Source of the DNA: a virus | Lineage: Duplodnaviria > Caudoviricetes | Direction: 5' to 3' (one strand) | IMG/VR virus record: IMGVR_UViG_3300021592_000001 | Span: 1-64,000 of that record | Length of the DNA stretch: 64,000 nt | Part shown: piece by piece, positions 8,915 to 18,614 of the stretch | How positions within the stretch are numbered: position 1 is the stretch's first letter | Layout: every line of letters begins with the position of its first letter | Program-made: the position numbers and the translations under genes | Notes under the pieces: model-generated | What the model was told of the DNA's origin: nothing | Seen by the model: only the letters and a program-made list of their open reading frames with translations | Database searches by the model: none

Positions 8915-10370
8915 ATGAATCCGAATCCGAATTATTACGATATTGTCGTTTCAGTAGCAAGGATGAACGGAGACGCCCGTCTTCCATGGTGGAAGCTAGA
9001 CCGAGATGTCAGCTTTTTTGAGAAAAAGTTTGGCGTGTCAGTTGATCGGATTCAGCTAAGAGAGGGATGGCGTGAGTTTACAAACGCCATCCCCTCTAAA
9101 CAGTTAAGTAGAGAAAGGAGGCAAGTATGATACACGAGATTACAAAATTTTATGACGAAGAGCGTGGGCTGGAATATGAGTATCGCCCGATCGAAGAAAC
9201 TTTGACCGTAAAGGAAACGGGCGACGGCTGGATAGCGAAATATCTTGCTCAAGATCCGATACCCGATCCTCCAGATAATAGCGACGACGAATGCTTCTTG
9301 GCTCACTATCATAGAGACTTCACGGTGGATCCTGACCAGATTTCTGTTGAAGACGTTAAGGCATGGTATCGAGGTGAGGAGGCTTTGGAAAACTACTGGG
9401 TCTTTCCCGTTAAGTCTCTCATCCATGGGATAGTTCACCTTGATATAGGAACTGACGGCTTCGCAGAAGACCCAGGAGGGTGGGATACTAGCCATGTCGG
9501 GGTGGTTTGTGTTGCGAAAAAAGGAAAAAAGAAGGAGGAAGCAGAAAGGGAAGCAAGATTACTGATTTCTGACTGGAATACTTACCTGAGAGGAGACGTT
9601 TATCTACTAGTTGTAGAAAAATACGATCGGGAGAAAAAGCCGATTGAAACTGACATAACGGCGACGATATATGGTTATGAGAATGCCTTACAAGAAATAG
9701 AAGATGGAGGAAGTGAAGTATGAAAAAGATAGCAATAGTAATAATGACAATAGTGATGGCTTGCATCTTCCCTGCCCATACCATTGCAAGTGAAATAGAA
9801 GGCGAAATTGAAAGCATACAGATGCAGATCCTCTCTTACGATGAACTGATTAACGCTGTCTTCTCCCTGTTAAATGACAGGGAGGTTATCAGCGTTCTGC
9901 AAGATCCTGACATCCAGAAACTTTTGATTGATGGAAATATGGAAGCTTTATTGAAAAACAAAAAAATACGAAATTTGCTCAACGACCCAGAGATGAGAAG
10001 CGTCGTAAATAAAGTTAAAGAAAGGAGGTAAAGATGGAAGAGTATGATTATGATTATGATTATGACTTTTTATATTATGCCGAATGCGAATGTAATTGCA
10101 GAAAGGAGGATAACGATGACGAATGTTGAAATAGTATTTTTTAATTTGGAAGAGGGAGAATTCCTCTCAAAGGGAGTGGGGGAGTCTCTCCCTCCAGAGC
10201 AAAGGGGAAGTTCTGTTTGCTTTCATTCTGTCAAATTTACTTGCCGCAATGGCAGACAGTTTGAAATCTCCTTCGAAGATGCAAACAGCATTCGAGTTAG
10301 GGAGGTAAGTGATTCTTCCTCTGAAGTAATGGCTATCCCATCCTCTTGGGATAGCTTTATTATTAGATAA
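8915..10370 (+). CDS. Small hypothetical genes (8915-9130; 9127-9723; secreted 9720-10031; 10116-10370)
   Basis: SDs and overlaps; 9720 has a signal peptide; 10116 is paralogous to 30862. Confidence 0.55.
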
Positions 10371-10521
10371 AGGAGGTATATTATGTGTCGTGTTTTTAAC
10401 TGTTCAGAGTGTAAACATGGTATAAGGTATAACCAGAGCGTAAACTGTTGCGAAGGATGGGGACTCTGGAAAGAATATGAATTCGAACCAATCCAAGAAG
10501 ATGAAGATGAGGAGGTAACAG

Positions 10522-10917
10522 ATGTGTCTGGACTGGTTGAAGAATTTTAAGATTTCTAGATATGAGGGTTGGCAAATTTTCTCCGAGTTTAAGGGAGAGT
10601 TATATCCTGTTCTTAGGCCCTCCAATTATATAGAAGCCTTTTCTAGGGAGACTGTACCAGTGAACGTCTGGCAGTCGGATAAAAACAATTATGAGCTTAA
10701 ATGCCGTCTCACGACGGAGAGATATCGTACTGGATTTCATCTCTTCCCTACTAGAAAAGAGGCAGAGCTTTATATGAAGCGAATGCGAATTTTGCATACT
10801 GAAGGTAAGGCAGTGATCAGGAAGGTTCTCTTTACTAAGGTAGTAGCTAAAGGCGGTATAGGAGTGGTTAAACCACTCAGGGCTATAGTAGTAAGAGAAA
10901 GATTTGTTTGTTCTTAA
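10522..10917 (+). CDS. Hypothetical protein, paralogue of 11365-11757
   Basis: Shared LDWL..FKISRYEG, PVNVWQ.DKNNYEL.CR, TGFHLFPT, RER.VCS. Confidence 0.75.
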   Translation: MCLDWLKNFKISRYEGWQIFSEFKGELYPVLRPSNYIEAFSRETVPVNVWQSDKNNYELKCRLTTERYRTGFHLFPTRKEAELYMKRMRILHTEGKAVIRKVLFTKVVAKGGIGVVKPLRAIVVRERFVCS

Positions 10918-10937
10918 GCTTAGAAAGGAGGTTATAG

Positions 10938-11348
10938 ATGAGTCAGTTTGAACCTACGGACGAAATACTTAAAGTAGTTAGGGGAATCCAGATAATAAAC
11001 GTTACACCTCATCCAATAACTTTTGGATTTGAAGGTGAAGATGAGACGGTTGTGGTAGAGCCGTCTGGTTTTCTAATAAACGCTCGCTCTGTAGAGGAAG
11101 TTGTAAAGGAAGACTTTCGGGGCGAAAGCAAAGTTACATTTGTTAGGACTAGCTTCGTTCCAGATGAAGACTCTGAACATTTACTTCAGATGTTAGAGGA
11201 GAAGTTTCCGGAAGCGGTTATTATTGGTAGTATAATTGCAGCTCAAGCCTTTCCAGGTAGAGTTGTAGCTATGATTCCAGTTAAAGGTTATGAGAGAGTT
11301 CCTACCTTGGAGAAGAGAGTGAAACATGACAGGTTTACGGTTTTTTAA
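10938..11348 (+). CDS. Conserved phage hypothetical protein (NxTPH motif)
   Basis: IINVTPHPITF..VEPSG..IIGSIIAAQAFPG. Confidence 0.65.
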   Translation: MSQFEPTDEILKVVRGIQIINVTPHPITFGFEGEDETVVVEPSGFLINARSVEEVVKEDFRGESKVTFVRTSFVPDEDSEHLLQMLEEKFPEAVIIGSIIAAQAFPGRVVAMIPVKGYERVPTLEKRVKHDRFTVF

Positions 11349-11364
11349 GAAAGGAGGTAATAGA

Positions 11365-11757
11365 ATGTCTTTAGATTGGTTAAGAAGGTTTAAAATTAGC
11401 AGATATGAAGGTTATCAGTGTTTTAAGCTTCGGGAGGGTAGATTATATCCTATTTCTGCATCTCATAGTTATGAAAGTGCATTCTCTCGAGAGGATGTAC
11501 CAGTAAATGTCTGGCAGGAGGACAAAAACAATTACGAGCTTGAGTGTCGCTTCTCGAAGGAAAAATATCTTACAGGATTTCATCTCTTCCCTACTATGGA
11601 AGAAGCAGAATTTTTTGTGAAGCTGAAGTTACGTGGTAAGAGTCCAATAAGTGTTAGGAAAGTGATTTTCAGCGGAGTAACGGCTAAGGGTTATATCGCA
11701 AACGGACTATACCCTATCAGAGTCATAGTAGCAAGAGAAAGGTATGTTTGTTCTTAA
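11365..11757 (+). CDS. Hypothetical protein, paralogue of 10522-10917
   Basis: See paralogue; SD places start at 11365. Confidence 0.75.
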   Translation: MSLDWLRRFKISRYEGYQCFKLREGRLYPISASHSYESAFSREDVPVNVWQEDKNNYELECRFSKEKYLTGFHLFPTMEEAEFFVKLKLRGKSPISVRKVIFSGVTAKGYIANGLYPIRVIVARERYVCS

Positions 11758-11777
11758 GTTTAAGAAAGGAGGCAAAA

Positions 11778-12314
11778 ATGAAGGAAAAGGTAACAGTAGG
11801 TTTTAAGGAAGATGAAAATAAAAACAAATATCCTTATATTGACGTAGGTAGTGAGACCCATGGACGGCCTTCCTTCCGCCTATGGGTAAGTATGAAGCTT
11901 GTGAACAAAGACAAGAACGACAGGTATTGCCTAGAGTTCCCACTGAGAGCGGAAGTTTTTAAGACACAAAAGGGAAGTTTGGTTCTACGTCCAAGTGAAG
12001 ATAGGATGGTCTTCTATATTTATGCAAGCTGCGGGTATAGAGGCCATTCCGAAGTGCAGGTACTGTCTGATCACTTTGACGAGTACGATTTTTACACCTA
12101 TCATAGTCCGAGAGGAAGTTTGGGTGTCAGTCATGGTAAGCTGGTAGTTGCTCCAATCAAACCATTAAAATGGAAATGGTTAAGGTCAGGGAGACTCTAT
12201 GGAGGAGCTTCCCAAGGGATAACGATAACTATGACCGACGGAGAGGAAAAAGACATCGACCATCTCCCTGATGGTCTGGAAGCTTTGGATGAGCTAAAGA
12301 ATGCGATTGAATAA
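11778..12314 (+). CDS. Hypothetical protein, paralogue of 36675-37118
   Basis: Shared RLWV, LRP, GYR..S, S.GK.V, W.RSGRL.G..GIT. Confidence 0.7.
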   Translation: MKEKVTVGFKEDENKNKYPYIDVGSETHGRPSFRLWVSMKLVNKDKNDRYCLEFPLRAEVFKTQKGSLVLRPSEDRMVFYIYASCGYRGHSEVQVLSDHFDEYDFYTYHSPRGSLGVSHGKLVVAPIKPLKWKWLRSGRLYGGASQGITITMTDGEEKDIDHLPDGLEALDELKNAIE

Positions 12315-12600
12315 ACAAGAAAGGAGGCTTTATTATGTTACTTCACATAAAAACTCGAGAAATCAATGACTTCATTAACTTGGATAACGTTCTTGGTATA
12401 GAAATTGACTCCCGAGAGGGAAGAATATTTTTTGTAGGAGTTACAGGTAGAGACGTATGGAGATATACGGTACAAGAAGAATCTCCTTCTAGTGGAGTCC
12501 GTCTCACACGAGAGGAGTTTGACTCCCTAGTGGAATTTCTCGAAAATATGGGAGATGTTCGTAAGGTTGTTAGTCCTCCCAAGAAAGGAGGTGAATAACG

Positions 12601-12834
12601 ATGATAAAAAGATTGCTATTGCTATTAGTTCTGTTAATGACATTTGGATGCGCTACAACTCCTCATGTCGTAACCAGGAACTATGAGGTAGTTCCAGAGA
12701 GAGTGATCTACGTTTCCCAGCCAAGAGACGCTAGCGACGAAATAAGAGATTTGAGCAGACTAGTGGAAGAGATGAACAGATTAGCACGTTCCATTGACTT
12801 ATTGCTTTACGAAATTGATAATATAGGGAATTGA
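12601..12834 (+). CDS. Small lipoprotein
   Basis: Hydrophobic signal with lipobox-like TFGC. Confidence 0.6.
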   Translation: MIKRLLLLLVLLMTFGCATTPHVVTRNYEVVPERVIYVSQPRDASDEIRDLSRLVEEMNRLARSIDLLLYEIDNIGN

Positions 12835-12854
12835 TAATATAGGGGGATGCAAAA

Positions 12855-13058
12855 ATGGCAAGGAAGAGTAATAAAGAGAACAAGAAGATCTTGTCCCATT
12901 CCTTCGTTGGGCAAGCATTCGAAGGTTATTCCCTGTGCTTCAAAGGATGTAGAGACACGTTGGAAGATGTGTTCGGAAAGAAACCAATTCCTCCTAGCCA
13001 AATGACGAAGTTGTTATGGGAGTATATTATGAACAAGGAATCTAATATAAGGAGGTAA
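12855..13058 (+). CDS. Stand-alone SWIB/MDM2-like protein, paralogue of the 8484 C-domain
   Basis: Near-identical DNA and protein over LEDVFGKKPIPPSQMTKLLWEYI. Confidence 0.7.
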   Translation: MARKSNKENKKILSHSFVGQAFEGYSLCFKGCRDTLEDVFGKKPIPPSQMTKLLWEYIMNKESNIRR

Positions 13059-13330
13059 TATTGTGAAGAAGAAAAAGAAAGGAGAATGGGAAGAATGGGT
13101 AAAACAGGTATGCGGTATTGAGAGAAAGAAGCGGTGTCCGTCTGTTTCGTGGACACATCTGGATGTAATAGAGGAGGCGAACTCGAAAGGAATTGAAATG
13201 TCTGAAAAGGAGGCAGAAAGTTTATTGGAAGAGATTGGAGATAGTCTTGTCGAGAACATGCTCAGCGTTGGCTGGCATGTAATTGGGGAGGCTATTGACA
13301 AGCGGTATAAAAATGCCCGTGACTGAAAAC

Positions 13331-13404
13331 CCTTGTAAACCCTTAAAATAATACAGTTTTTTTGGGTAAGTTTGCTTGCATATTGTTTTATAATATGTTA
13401 TAAT
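13331..13404 (+). promoter_or_regulatory. Sigma70 promoter with conserved upstream box, driving the rimK-polX-ligase operon
   Basis: TTGCAT(13376)-17-TATAAT(13399), extended TG; AAACCCTTAAAAT 39 nt before -35. Confidence 0.8.
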
Positions 13405-13425
13405 ACTACCAGAAAGGAGGCAGCT

Positions 13426-14304
13426 GTGCATATACTTCTGCTAAGCAGCGGAAACGTTTATGGTAACGAAGAAATAGTCGCTTCCCTAAGAAAGCGGGGA
13501 CACGACGCAAAGTATGTCCATCTGTCTTCGATTTTCTTTGATACAGGAGGAGAAACATCGGTTAGGGATTTTGATGACGTTGATGCTGTTCTGGTTCGTG
13601 TTACTGGAAGCTACGCTAAGCATGCGAGACTGATGGCTATGTGGATGAGAAAGAAGAAGAAAATCGTAGTTGATAGCAGGTTAGCGAACTTCCAAGAGCT
13701 TGGGAAAATATATTCGTTGTTCGTCTTGTCGAGTCATGGTATAAGATGCCCCAGGACAGTGCATACAGCTAATCCCAAACTCTTGAAGAAGGCAATAAGA
13801 GAGTTTAAACTGCCTCTTCTTGTTAAACCCTTAGGAGGCAGGAAAGGTAGAGGCATAAAAAAATTTGAATCATACGAATCTGTTCTGAGGTATATATCCA
13901 GGAGAGACAGTAGATTCTTGATTCAGGAATACATAGAGGAGGAGGCTGACTTGCGAGTATTCGTGACAGGCGATAAGGCTTTGGGATGCATGAGGAAAAT
14001 CCCAAAGCAAGGAGAGTTCAGAGCTAACGTTGCGTTAGGGGCAAAGACGGAGGTGTATAATGCAGATGATAGTATTATGAGGCTGGCCATTAGGTCTGCA
14101 AAAATTTTGGGAATACAAATAGCTGGTGTAGACATCGCTATTGACAAGGAAGGAAAGCCCTGGGTACTGGAAGTGAATAGAGTGCCTCAGTTTAAGGCTT
14201 TCCAGAAAACGACAGGCATCGACGTTCCAGACGCTATAGCCGAATATGTCGATGCTGTAGTAAAGAAAGGAGGTGAAAAGTTCTGGTCAGAAGTTGTGAC
14301 ATAA
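13426..14304 (+). CDS. rimK: RimK/LysX-family ATP-grasp alpha-L-glutamate ligase
   Basis: KP.GG..GRG, IQEYI..DLRVFV, EFRANVALG, AGVDI, LEVN..P; GTG start after AAGGAGG. Confidence 0.9.
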   Translation: MHILLLSSGNVYGNEEIVASLRKRGHDAKYVHLSSIFFDTGGETSVRDFDDVDAVLVRVTGSYAKHARLMAMWMRKKKKIVVDSRLANFQELGKIYSLFVLSSHGIRCPRTVHTANPKLLKKAIREFKLPLLVKPLGGRKGRGIKKFESYESVLRYISRRDSRFLIQEYIEEEADLRVFVTGDKALGCMRKIPKQGEFRANVALGAKTEVYNADDSIMRLAIRSAKILGIQIAGVDIAIDKEGKPWVLEVNRVPQFKAFQKTTGIDVPDAIAEYVDAVVKKGGEKFWSEVVT

Positions 14305-14347
14305 TTTCAAAATTTCAAGATTAACATCAAAGGAAAAGGAGGTTATC

Positions 14348-14653
14348 ATGGCTAAGAAAGAAAAATTAGTTGTTCACAAAGGGGATATTATAAAGGGAAA
14401 AACAAGTGAAGGTAAAACTGTAAAGGGGACAGTATATAGAGTGAATAATATAAAGGGCTTCTGTAGAATAGAAACGAAGGCAGGAGAGAGATACAGAGTA
14501 GAGGTAGAGGATATACTCTCCATCAAGCAAGCAAGAGGTTCAGCTCCTAAGGAGCTGAAGCCAAAGAGAAGTAGTAAGAAAGAAAAGGAGAGTAAAAAAG
14601 CAAGAGCAAAGACGAAGGCAAAAGCAAAAGCAAAGAAAAAGAAGAGAGGATAA
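14348..14653 (+). CDS. Basic histone-like protein: SH3/KOW-like domain plus KAKAK tail
   Basis: Highly Lys-rich tail; N-domain paralogous to 8484. Confidence 0.6.
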   Translation: MAKKEKLVVHKGDIIKGKTSEGKTVKGTVYRVNNIKGFCRIETKAGERYRVEVEDILSIKQARGSAPKELKPKRSSKKEKESKKARAKTKAKAKAKKKKRG

Positions 14654-16300
14654 ATGAAAGTTCCCAATAGCAAAGTCGCTTCACTCCTTAGACAGATTGC
14701 TTACCAATATAAGCAGTCTGGAGACAAATGGAGAGCTATTGCCTACGGTAAAGCCTCCAAGACGGTCAGAGATCTTGCTTATCCGCTGACCGATGTAGAC
14801 ATTTCAAGTCTCAGCGGTATAGGAAGTTCGATAAAAGAAAAGATTGAAGAGATACTGGAAACAGGCAAATCTTCTTTGCTGGAAGAACTGCAAAAGAATG
14901 GTGTGCCTGCGTCTCTTGAAGAGCTAGAGAAGTTACAGGGAGTTGGACCGAAGACTGCAATGAGGTTGTGGAAGGAATACGGTGTTAAGTCTCTCCAAGA
15001 TTTGGAGGAGAATAAGGCTCTTCTCAAAAAAGAGCCTGAAATTGCGGAAGCCTTAGCGCTATATAAGAGAAGAAGAGAAAGGATTCCTGTCTACCTAGCA
15101 GATAAAGCTCTTCAGGAGATTTGTGCAATCCTTCGGTCTGGCGGATGCAAGTTCGTATCTCAAGCGGGTTCTTGCAGAAGGAAAAAGTTCCTCGTTCGAG
15201 ATTTAGATGTCGTAGTTGCTATTTCTGACAGTAAGAAGAATAAATTTATGAAATACGTGAGGAAGAACTTGAAAGTTGTAGCAGGAGGAGAATCTAAGTT
15301 GATATTCGAATATACGGTATCTGGTGAACCTAGGAATGGTGATATTGTTATGGTAACTCCAAAGGAAGCTGGCAATGCTATCAACTATTTGACTGGCTCT
15401 AAGCAGTTCAACATCGCAATGAGAAGACTAGCGCTCCGCAAAGGGTTTACGGTGAACGAACGAGAGACCAGAAGCAAATACAGCGGCAAGCGGATGCCTT
15501 CTGCTACAGAAGAAGACCTGTTTGATGTTTTGGATATCCCGTTCATTCCTCCAGAATGTCGCATAGACGGAACTGAAGTCGGAAAAGACCTTTCAGATCT
15601 GATTACACATGGAAGCGTTAAAGGCGATCTGCATATTCATACTACCTATTCAGATGGACTTATGAGCCTCAAGATGCTGGTTCGCTCTGCTAAGGAAGCT
15701 GGTCTTAAATTTGTAGGTGTAGCAGATCACTCCTATTCGCTCGGCGTGACTGGAGGGATGAAAGCTAAAGATGTGCCACGAATTAGGGATAAAGTTAAAT
15801 CTTTGCAATTTCCCGTCTACTTTGGCGTAGAAGCAGACGTTAAAGTGGACGGAAGCTTGCCTTACAAAAAGAAACTGCTTTCTGAGTTTGACTATCTGAT
15901 TTTAGCTACTCACAGTTCTCCAGACAGGAATCTGGAAAGCAGGCTGATTAGGGCTATAAAGAAAGTTGCTGGAGATAACCGAGTAATATTGGCTCATCTG
16001 ACTAACAGAAAGAGTGACCGTGAAGCGGCTGAAGCTAACTGGGACAATGTCTTTAAGATTTGCAGGAGGTATGATGTTGCTATTGAGATAAACGCTCAGC
16101 CAGATCGTATGGATCCTCCTGCTGACCTTATAAGGCGAGCAAAGCGGTTCGGATTGAAGTTCGTCATCAATTCTGACACTCATGATACAAGCATTAATCT
16201 ATATTGGGGAGTCATACAAGCCAGAAAGGGACTTCTGGAGAACCGAGACGTCATTAATACGTCTCATAAGTCCTTTAGGAAGTGGCTGGAAAGGAGGTGA
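14654..16300 (+). CDS. polX: DNA polymerase X family with C-terminal PHP domain
   Basis: HhH GIG/GVGPKTA, GSCRR..DLD, TGSKQFN; PHP HIHT.YSDG, DHS, NSDTH. Confidence 0.95.
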   Translation: MKVPNSKVASLLRQIAYQYKQSGDKWRAIAYGKASKTVRDLAYPLTDVDISSLSGIGSSIKEKIEEILETGKSSLLEELQKNGVPASLEELEKLQGVGPKTAMRLWKEYGVKSLQDLEENKALLKKEPEIAEALALYKRRRERIPVYLADKALQEICAILRSGGCKFVSQAGSCRRKKFLVRDLDVVVAISDSKKNKFMKYVRKNLKVVAGGESKLIFEYTVSGEPRNGDIVMVTPKEAGNAINYLTGSKQFNIAMRRLALRKGFTVNERETRSKYSGKRMPSATEEDLFDVLDIPFIPPECRIDGTEVGKDLSDLITHGSVKGDLHIHTTYSDGLMSLKMLVRSAKEAGLKFVGVADHSYSLGVTGGMKAKDVPRIRDKVKSLQFPVYFGVEADVKVDGSLPYKKKLLSEFDYLILATHSSPDRNLESRLIRAIKKVAGDNRVILAHLTNRKSDREAAEANWDNVFKICRRYDVAIEINAQPDRMDPPADLIRRAKRFGLKFVINSDTHDTSINLYWGVIQARKGLLENRDVINTSHKSFRKWLERR

Positions 16301-16388
16301 TAATAGGATGTGATAGCTTCAATCTTATTAGGCAATGAGGAATCATTATTAACAATAATAATCCTTTTAGTAAAAGGAGGTAAGTAAT

Positions 16389-17138
16389 ATGTTAAAGAAA
16401 TTAAGACACCATTTGTCCGAAGCATTAAAGATTGCTGACAGGCTTGAACTGGAAGAGGAAGAGCTTGAGGAGCTCGAAGAAGAAGAAGAGATGGAAGAAG
16501 AAGAGGAAGAGTCTAAAGGCAAACGTAAAGGTAAAGCTAAAGGCAAAGGCAAAGGTAAGAAGGTTGAAGAGGAAGAAGAAGAAGAGGAAATGGAAGAGGA
16601 AGAAGAAGAGGCTGAGGAAGAGGAAGCTGAAGAAGAGTCTGAGGAAGAAGAGTTGGAAGAAGAAGAATCAGAAGAGGAAGAAGAGTCTGAGGAAGAAGAG
16701 GAAGCTGAGGAAGAAGAGGAAGAAGAGGAAGCTGAGGAAGAAGAAGAGTCTGAGGAAGAAGAGGAAGAAGAAGAGGAAGCCGAGCTAGCTCTGAAGAAGG
16801 GAATGAAGGTTCGAGCCTACAAAGGTAAACAAGCCTTTGTAGGTCTCGTCCAAAAGGGTGGAAAGAAGCCAGTGATTAAGTTCAAAGGCAAAGGGAAAGA
16901 CCTCAGTGGATCCTTTTCGCCAAAAGATCTGAAGAAGCACAAAGTTGAAATTGTTCCAACTGTGGATATGCTCGATGAAGATGATAAAGTCAAAATGAGA
17001 TTCGGCAAGAAGGTTCTGACAGGGACTGTCGTAAAAACGACTAGGAGGAAAGCGACCATTCGATTCTCTTCTGCCAAGAAATACAATGGAGATTACGGCA
17101 ATAAGGACTTGGAAGAGAAAGCTACGCTGTTATCGTAA
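16389..17138 (+). CDS. Extremely acidic poly-Glu protein with two C-terminal SH3/KOW-like basic domains
   Basis: ~75-residue near-pure E tract from GAA/GAG repeats; AAGGAGG SD. Confidence 0.8.
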   Translation: MLKKLRHHLSEALKIADRLELEEEELEELEEEEEMEEEEEESKGKRKGKAKGKGKGKKVEEEEEEEEMEEEEEEAEEEEAEEESEEEELEEEESEEEEESEEEEEAEEEEEEEEAEEEEESEEEEEEEEEAELALKKGMKVRAYKGKQAFVGLVQKGGKKPVIKFKGKGKDLSGSFSPKDLKKHKVEIVPTVDMLDEDDKVKMRFGKKVLTGTVVKTTRRKATIRFSSAKKYNGDYGNKDLEEKATLLS

Positions 17139-17196
17139 GCCTAAAACAGGGACGGGGGATTTCATTCCCCCTCCCCATATTTAGGAGGGAGCAACT

Positions 17197-17904
17197 ATGA
17201 AATCGATCAAATTAAAGGAAACTATAGAAGAAGGGATCCCATTTCTGTCGATTAGTATAAAATCCCTTCCTCTTAAAATCGCAAAGAAAGCAGGTTTTCA
17301 AAAGAAGGGTAAGAGATGGTTTATGGAAAAGCCATCTGACTTCTCTGAGCTTTCCTCGAAGCTAGAGAAGTACGGGTATAGAGCTGTTATAGATTACAAA
17401 CCCGTGAAGCCAAAATCTACCAACAAAGTAAAACGTCTTCTCTCTGTCTATGAAAAAAGAAAGAAAGAAATGGAGGAAGCGGAAAAGAGGCTGAAAGAGA
17501 TAAGGGCGAAGCTGGAAAAAATTGTAAAGAAGCAGGGTGCTAAGCGGAAGCCTGGAAGTGACGATTCTGTCCTAATCGTCGGTGACACAAGAATACATTA
17601 TTGTTTTGTAACGGGGAGAAGAACATGGAAAGGAGAAGAGGAAGGCGTAAAGTGGTTGATGAAACATGGGTTTAAGAACTGTATAAGAAAAGCTATCAAT
17701 AGAGATGCCTGGGATGATCTAAAAAAAGAAGGGAGAATACCTGTTAATGTGATCTCGAAAGTTGAGAGGAGAGCAGACCCTTCGTATCGCTTATTCATTC
17801 GCAAGGTCAGTGAACTTGTTTGTCCGAATTGTGGGACGGATGTTTCCCGTAGAGATAAATTCTGCAGGGAATGTGGTAACAAATTGAAAGGAGGTTTATC
17901 ATGA
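17197..17904 (+). CDS. Basic coiled-coil protein with C-terminal zinc ribbon
   Basis: CPNCG..KFCRECG. Confidence 0.65.
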   Translation: MKSIKLKETIEEGIPFLSISIKSLPLKIAKKAGFQKKGKRWFMEKPSDFSELSSKLEKYGYRAVIDYKPVKPKSTNKVKRLLSVYEKRKKEMEEAEKRLKEIRAKLEKIVKKQGAKRKPGSDDSVLIVGDTRIHYCFVTGRRTWKGEEEGVKWLMKHGFKNCIRKAINRDAWDDLKKEGRIPVNVISKVERRADPSYRLFIRKVSELVCPNCGTDVSRRDKFCRECGNKLKGGLS

Positions 17905-18539
17905 AAAATCCTATTGATCTTGAAGACTTGAAGGTTTCTAAAGAGTGGCGAAAGACCGAAGACTTTGAGGCGGTCTTCGCTTTTATAAAAGCATCAAGAC
18001 CTATACGTTTAAAAAGAGCCTCTGTAGATACTCTTGAGGAGTGTCCATTTTCCGGCTGTAAGGAGCAACTCTCCGAAATCGTTCTGGAAAGTCCTGACGG
18101 CAAATGGAAATTTCAGGACAGTCTTGAACACCTGATAATGATGCATGGGGTTGTTCCTTGTGATGAATTTGTGTCTGATGCAAAGTCATGGGTGAACTCG
18201 TCGAAGCTTTCTTTACGTGATATTGTAGCTATTGATATAATTACAGACAGAATCCTTATAGAGTCTGAAACTGTTGAGGAGATTCTGTCGTCTCTCCCTC
18301 CAGGCAAAGGAATGGACGCAAAACGTTCAATAGAGCGTATCATAAAGGAGTTGGGGAATCTCAGAGATGCAATGGAGACGATAACTAACGGAGTTAAGCA
18401 AGAAGAAGAGGAATCCGAGCCTGAAGCCAAGCAGGAAAAAGAGGAGCCTGAACCTGAACCTGAAGAAGAATCCGAAGCTACCAGTCTTGACGACGTGGAA
18501 AGAGTTGGGAAAAAGAAAAAAGTTAAAATCAAAAAGTAG
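17901..18539 (+). CDS. Hypothetical protein with acidic tail
   Basis: SD, overlap with upstream stop. Confidence 0.6.
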   Translation: MKNPIDLEDLKVSKEWRKTEDFEAVFAFIKASRPIRLKRASVDTLEECPFSGCKEQLSEIVLESPDGKWKFQDSLEHLIMMHGVVPCDEFVSDAKSWVNSSKLSLRDIVAIDIITDRILIESETVEEILSSLPPGKGMDAKRSIERIIKELGNLRDAMETITNGVKQEEEESEPEAKQEKEEPEPEPEEESEATSLDDVERVGKKKKVKIKK

Positions 18540-18601
18540 TCGGGAGTCAAATCGTTGCTCCCTCCTCTCGGCGGAGCCTCGCTCCGCCGATGCTCCCGAC
18601 T
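18538..18601 (+). promoter_or_regulatory. Structured leader upstream of ligase carrying an anti-SD
   Basis: AGTCGGGAG/CTCCCGACT closing stem, inner TCGGCGGAGC/GCTCCGCCGA hairpin, unpaired CTCCCTCCT; SD GGAGG follows immediately. Confidence 0.55.
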
Positions 18602-18614
18602 GGAGGTTAGTTTT

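Noticed and set aside
10042-10066. TATGAT microsatellite as a phase-variation switch
   Set aside because: The 6-nt unit keeps frame and lies in a tiny ORF upstream of the SD-supported start at 10116
16432-16788. Lys/Arg-rich protamine-like ORF
   Set aside because: Alternative-frame shadow of the GAA/GAG repeat of the poly-Glu gene; no SD
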